Notes under the pieces: generated by a model
Told to the model about the DNA's origin: nothing
Seen by the model: the letters and a program-made list of their open reading frames with translations, nothing else
Databases searched by the model: none
From: Octopus vulgaris
Lineage: Eukaryota
Direction of reading: 5' to 3'
Assembly (NCBI GenBank): GCA_951406725.2
Contig: OX597828.1
Coordinates: forward strand, 69,502,001-69,566,000
DNA: 64,000 nt
Translations under genes and position numbers: made by a program
Shown: in pieces, positions 57,886 to 64,000 of the stretch
Position numbering within the stretch: the first letter of the stretch is position 1
Layout of the letters: each line of letters begins with the position of its first letter

Positions 57886-59953
57886 GTAGAAAAGATATGC
57901 CATTAGGTTATTAGGTGTTGTGTTTTTGAATCATCTCAGCTGGAAGAGAATATGTTGGATTTTTGCAGATAATAAATTATATCAATGCTATATCTCTGTT
58001 TTCTAAATTTTCTTTTAGAATACTAATAAATGAAGGTTTATATTTAGACCTATTATTTTATGAATATCATTATTCACAAAAAATATTTGGCAATGAACCA
58101 GTAATTCATTGGATATTACGATCCCTTAACGAGGCTAATTTAACCTCTAATTGAGTATATATATAGTTACGCCTGGGGAGAGTCATTCTTTTTTAGTGCC
58201 TTATTATTTAACACACTCAATAAGTAAATGAGTGGAAACTTTACCAGTGAGTGTGTTAAATTACAAGGCACCAAAAGAGAATGACTCTCCCCAGACACAA
58301 CAAAATATGCTTCAAGACACGAACTCACATAAAGAATCATGCAAACCAAATCCCCAAACAAAGTGTATATATATATATGTGTGCATGTGTGTGTGTGTGT
58401 GTATGTGTGTGTCTATATACATATGTATATATAATATATATGTAAGTATGTATATATATGGTTAGAGTGTTGAGCTTATGATCGTGAAGTTGTGAGTTCG
58501 ATTCACAGACCGGGCTGTGTGTTGCGTTCTTGAGCAAGACACTTTATTTCACGTTGCTCCAGTTCACTCAGCTGTAGAAATGAGTATCGATGTCACTGGT
58601 GCCAAGCTGTATCGGCCCCTTTGCCTTATCCCTTGGATAACATCGATGGTACAGAAAAGGAAGGCTGGTATGCATGGGTGACTGCTGGTCATCCATAAAT
58701 AACCTTGCCCAGACTTGTGCCTTGCGGGGTAACTTTCTAAGTGCAATCCCATGGTCATTCATGACCAAAGGGGGTCACCCCATATAAGCTGTGAAAGATA
58801 TTAATAAATCCAGGCAGATTGCTTTGACTTGCATTTTATACATTTCATCTCTAGCTAAATATACTGGCACAATAGACATGATCATCGGTGATATATGTTT
58901 GTTCTTTCTTGAGCCATGCCTGGTCATAAGGGCCGGTTTCCCGGTTTCCTTGGCGCATAGGTTTCCCATCACCGTCTTTGGGTTTATCCTTCATTTTTTT
59001 AAAGACGGGTCTTTTATCTTTTACTTGTTTCACTCATTAGGCTGCGGCCATGCTGGAGCACTTCCTGGAAGAATTTTTAGTCAAAAGAATTGACCCCAGG
59101 ACTAATTTTCCCACCGTCACAGGTGAGCTGCAAGATGCAGGAGGAAAGAGTGAGAGAAAGTTGTGGCGAAAGAGTACAGCATAAGTTTGCCTTACCTTCT
59201 GCCGCAGTTGTGTGGAGCTTAGGTGTTTCGCTCATAAACACACACATTGCTCGGTCTCAGATTCGAACCTGCGATCCCTCGACCGTGAGTCTGCTACTCT
59301 AACCACTAGGCCATGTGCCTCCACATCAGTGATATATAACCATCAGTTAAGGCTGTGACTTTCTCCGTTCTTGTTCTTGTTGCAAATACACACACACACA
59401 CACACACACATGTATAATGATAGAATGCTGTTTGTTACAACAGCAAATTAAAGAGGGATAACTGTTGGATCAGTGATGGATCCAAGAGAGATCCACGTTT
59501 TTATCAGTTTTATATATAATGAATGAAACAAATAAAAGCAAATCAGAAGCAGCCTTAATCCTTAATCCATCTCTGATCCACCATCCATCATCTTCCTTCT
59601 GTTCCTTCTTAGTCCCATATAAGCTTCTTCTGTTGCATCCCTAATCCACGTCATGTCTAATCTACCACTGTTCCATTGATCCACTAATCTTGTTGATCCA
59701 GTCGTCTTATTTGTTGATCCACTCTAATCTGCTGTGTCACTGATGAGCGGAAGATTTCAAATCACCGTCTTTGGGTTTATCCTTCATTTTTTTAAAGACT
59801 GGTCTTTTATCTTTTACTTGTTTCAATCATTAGGCTGCGGCCATGCTGGAGCACTTCCTGGAAGAATTTTTAGTCAAAAGAATTGACCCCAGGACTAATT
59901 TTTCAAAGCTCGGTGCTTATTCTGTCAGTCTCTTTTGCCAAACCACTAAGTTA

Positions 59954-60179
59954 CATATTTCTTTACTACCCACAAGGGGCTAAATACAGAGGGGACAAAC
60001 AAGGACTGACAAACGGATTAAGTCGATTACATCAACCACAGTGCATAACTGGTACTTAATTTATCGACCCCGAAAGGATGAAAGACAATGTCGAATTTGA
60101 ACTCACAACGTAACGGCAGACGAAATACTGCTAAGCATTTCGCCCAGCGTGCTAACAATTCTGCCAGCTTGCCGCCTTA
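59954..60179 (-). mobile_element. Tx1-tail SINE nested in a CORE-like SINE, 15-bp TSD
   Basis: CAAACCACTAAGTTA at 59939-59953 and 60180-60194. Confidence 0.85.
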
Positions 60180-61161
60180 CAAACCACTAAGTTATAGACA
60201 CACACTCACACACATACACACACACACATATGCAACAGGCTTTTTTTACAGTTTCTGTCTAACAAATCCAATCAAATGGCTTTGGTCAGCCTGAGGTTAT
60301 AGTAAAAGCCATGTGCCCAAGATGCCACACATAGGAACTGAACCTGGAACCGTGTGGTTGGGAAGCAAACTTTTTACTACACAGCCACACTTGCCCCTAT
60401 GTAGTGTGTGATTTTCAGGAAATTTGGCTGCTATTTCTTGTAGGTGAAGCAACCATGTATTTGCACCATCTCTGGCTCACGGGAGTCGAGGCTGTTGTTG
60501 TTGTTGTTGTTGTTGCTATGGCTGCTTTGACCAAGCTGACCTTTTTTTTTCACTGGTGTTGCATATTGAGGACAACATTATCCAGTGTGTCCTTCCTTTG
60601 GAAATGGAGATTTAGCTGCTATGCAACCGGGTGAGCACATCCACATAAAAGGCTTGTTTGGTGAGAACGGAAGGTTTATAACGTACCAACTTCAAAAAAC
60701 TTTTATCTCTACAGCTGAGTCAGGAATTAATGGTCAAAAAAGCAAATGGAAACCAAGCAGACCTCCTCTTCCCCCTCCTCCTTCTTCTCCTTCTTCTTCT
60801 CCTCCTCCTCCTCCACCTCTTATCCTTCTCTTCTTTTTCTCCTTCTCCTCCTTCCCCCCTTCCCTCCTCCAACCACATATTACGTCAACACAGCTCCTCA
60901 CAACAACACACTTGAAGTTCTTCTGAAATTCTTAGAAACCTTTCGTTTTATGTTTCTTTCTTTCTTTCTTTCTTTTTTGTTTGTTTATTTGTCTGTTTAC
61001 GTATTTATTTACTTATTTATTTTTATCATGGAAGGTATTTGTGAATTCACATAAAATGATATGTGGAACATTCCAGTTTAGGCCAGAGAAATAGTTATGT
61101 CATCTAGATATATATACACACACACATATATATATATATATATCGAAAACGCGATTCTACA

Positions 61162-61458
61162 ACAATGGCCCAGTGGTTAGGGCAGCGGACTCGCGGTCGG
61201 AGGATCGTGTTTTCAATTCCCAGACCGGGCGTTGTGAGTGTTTATTGAGCAAAAACACCTAAAAGCTCCACGAGGCTCCGGCAGGGAGTGGTGGCGATCC
61301 CTGCTATACTCTTTCGCCACAAATTTCTCTCACTCTTTCTTCTGTTGGCCTGCTCGCTTATCCAGCGGGGTGGCGTCAGTTGAAGGCTAAAACAATGCAA
61401 AGCGCATTGTGACCAGCGATGTGTAGCAACATCTGATAGCCTGGTCGGTCACAGTGAT
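61162..61458 (+). mobile_element. tRNA(Arg)-like SINE, tail type B
   Basis: Matches 55806-56108. Confidence 0.85.
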
Positions 61459-61726
61459 ATATATATATATATATGTTTATATATATATATATATGTTTAT
61501 ATATATATATATATATATACAGGAGCGTACATAGTGTAAATGGCACACAGGGCAAGCTTCAAAATTCTGCCTCACCACCGCTGTTAAAACCAAAAATTGG
61601 AAACTCACATAGAAGTGGATTAATTAGAAAATGATCTTGGCCAATAGTGAACCCCACTCAAAGTAGCGGCCAGGGCATGTGCCCTGCTTGCCCCACCCTA
61701 GTTACTCCCTGGTATGTATGTATGTA

Positions 61727-61764
<38 letters not shown>

Positions 61765-61944
61765 GACAGACACACACACACATATACACACTGATATATT
61801 TTAAGATATATTACTCTTACTCTTTTACTTGTTTCAGTCATTTGACTGTGGCCATGCTGGAGCACCGCCTTTAAAAGATATATATACATATATTTTTTAT
61901 ATATGTATATCTATCTGTCATTAAATATGTGTGTAAAGAGTTGA

Positions 61945-62023
<79 letters not shown>

Positions 62024-62781
62024 GTCTGACACAGTGACAAATAGGTAAATAAATGAATAGGCAGATATTGACAGGAAATATATGTAGAAAGTGTCTGTCA
62101 ATGTTTAGTTGACCAACGGACAGTGTGTAGGCATTGACTGGATACACGGTGAATGGACAATGACCGGTTGGATAGATGCAGTGTGTAGGGGTTTAGATAG
62201 ATGCCATATATAATTGTTGATTTGGAGAGATAAACACAGTGTGTAGCTTTCGACCAAATGGACAGTATAAAGATGAATTGACGGGATATATAGACACAGC
62301 ATGTAGAAACGTTGGTTGGATGTGTGGACACTGTGTGGAGGTGACAGACACTCCGTCATTTACAATGACAATATTTCCAGCTGATCTGATCCTCAGAACA
62401 GCCTGCACGTGAAATTAACATGCAAGAGGCTGAGCACTCCACAGACATGTGTCCCCTTGATGTACTTGTCTGGGATATTCAACAGAATGTGACAAGGCTG
62501 GCCCCTTTGAATTACTGGTAAAGTTCATTTTTGCCAGCCGAGTTGACTGAATCAACATCCAAAAAAGAGCCTTGCTCAAGGTCACAACACATTACCAGTA
62601 ATTGAACTCATGACCTTATCAGCATAAGCTAAATTCCATAACAACTAAGCCAAGTGCTTTCCCTGTATTTAGATGTTGACTGGATTAAGAGAGGCTGTGT
62701 GTCAATGTTGAGCGGAGAGTTAGACACAGAGTGTATGGGTTGACCCTATAAATAGAAACTGTGTGTAGATGTTGACTGTAT

Positions 62782-63016
62782 ATATATTTCTTTATTGCCC
62801 ACAAGGGGCTAAACATAGAGGGGACAAGCAAGGACAGACAAAAGGATTAAGTCGATTTCATCGACCCCCAGTGCGAAACTGGTACTTTATTTATCGACCC
62901 CGAAAGGATGAAAGGCAAAGTTGACCTCAGCGGAATTTGAACTCAGAACGTAACGGCAGACGAAGTACCGCTAAGCATTTCACCCGGCGTCTAACGTTTC
63001 TACCAGCTCGCCGCCC
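62782..63016 (-). mobile_element. Tx1-tail SINE with 10-bp TSD
   Basis: TTGACTGTAT at 62772-62781 and 63017-63026. Confidence 0.85.
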
Positions 63017-63049
63017 TTGACTGTATTATATACACATATCATGACTGTC

Positions 63050-63525
63050 TCGCTCCCGTGCCAGTGACATGTAAAAGGCACCATCCAAGCATGGTCGAGG
63101 CCAGTACCGCCTGACTGGCTCCCATTCATGTGGTATGTAAGCAATACCATCCAAGCGTGGTCGATGCCAGTGCTGTCTGACTGGCTCCCATGCTGGTGGC
63201 ACGTAAAATGCACCAGTCGAGCATGGTTGTTGCCAGTGCCGCCTGACTGGCTTCCACACCAGTGCATGTAAAAAGCACCATTCAAGCTTGGTCACTGCTT
63301 GTACCACCTGACTGGCCCTCATGCTGGTAACATGTAAAAAGCACCCCTACACTCTCAGAGTTGTTGGTGTTAGGAAAGACACTCAGCTGTAGAAACTTTG
63401 CCAGATCAGATTGGAGCCTGGTGTGGCCTTCTGGCTCACTAGCCCTCAATCAAACCATCCAACCCATGCCAGCATGGAAAGTGGATATCAAATAATGCTG
63501 ATGATGATCATGATGATGATGATGT
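63050..63525 (+). mobile_element. RTE-3'UTR repeat with five ~66-bp internal tandem units
   Basis: Repeated GGTGGCACGTAAAAAGCACC-like motif, ends in (ATG)n. Confidence 0.8.
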
Positions 63526-63595
63526 TGATATTGACTGGATTCACACAGTGTGTAGATATTGGTTGGATTGGCAGAACAACTGTGTAGATGTTGAC

Positions 63596-63662
<67 letters not shown>

Positions 63663-64000
63663 GTATGTATATATGTATGTATGTATAGATAGACCAGTAT
63701 GTAGACATAGACTTAACAGTGTCTACAAATCCTTGTCCTGTTGTTCTTAACAATATTCAGATTAAATTCAACTAAATAAGTGACCCCCTACTTGCAGAAG
63801 CAAACTGCCCTTCCTACCACATCTCACCTTATCAACCCCCAGAGCAGATAAAAAGTTAAATTTGACCTTGATATAACATCACCCCCACTCCCACCCCATC
63901 CCACTAATGTATCCCCCCACCCTGGCTCCAACCCGAGGAGGTATGTTAAAATAGCGGAAGTTACAATGCTATTAATATGAAGTACTTGACTTACGAACAA

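Noticed and set aside
59735-59770. CTGATGA-GCGG...CCGT hammerhead candidate
   Set aside because: No GAAA or UH site follows

Overview
Repeat-dense, AT-rich eukaryotic DNA with no prokaryotic features. The SINE, LINE and microsatellite content resembles an octopus (coleoid cephalopod) genome; this is an inference. Most ORF-track entries are microsatellite artefacts. Recognisable coding sequence is all transposon-derived: a 5'-truncated Tx1/L1-clade LINE inside (GATA)n, an R4/Dong-clade LINE inside (TAA)n, RTE and CR1-like fragments, two mariner derivatives and a Chapaev3-like fossil. There are also many tRNA-derived SINEs, TTAA MITEs and a few weak host-exon candidates. The most notable signal is a dispersed set of about 10 minimal type-I hammerhead-ribozyme motifs of the Penelope-like-element (PLE) type. 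Several have recurrent non-canonical cores (CCGANGA, CUGUNGA). They sit in short (TA)n-embedded elements, in fold-back palindromes (one 1.36 kb long) and in one tRNA-headed SINE. Three LINE/short-repeat 3'-end pairings and several local templated duplications are also visible. All calls were made by eye, with no database searches or folding runs.
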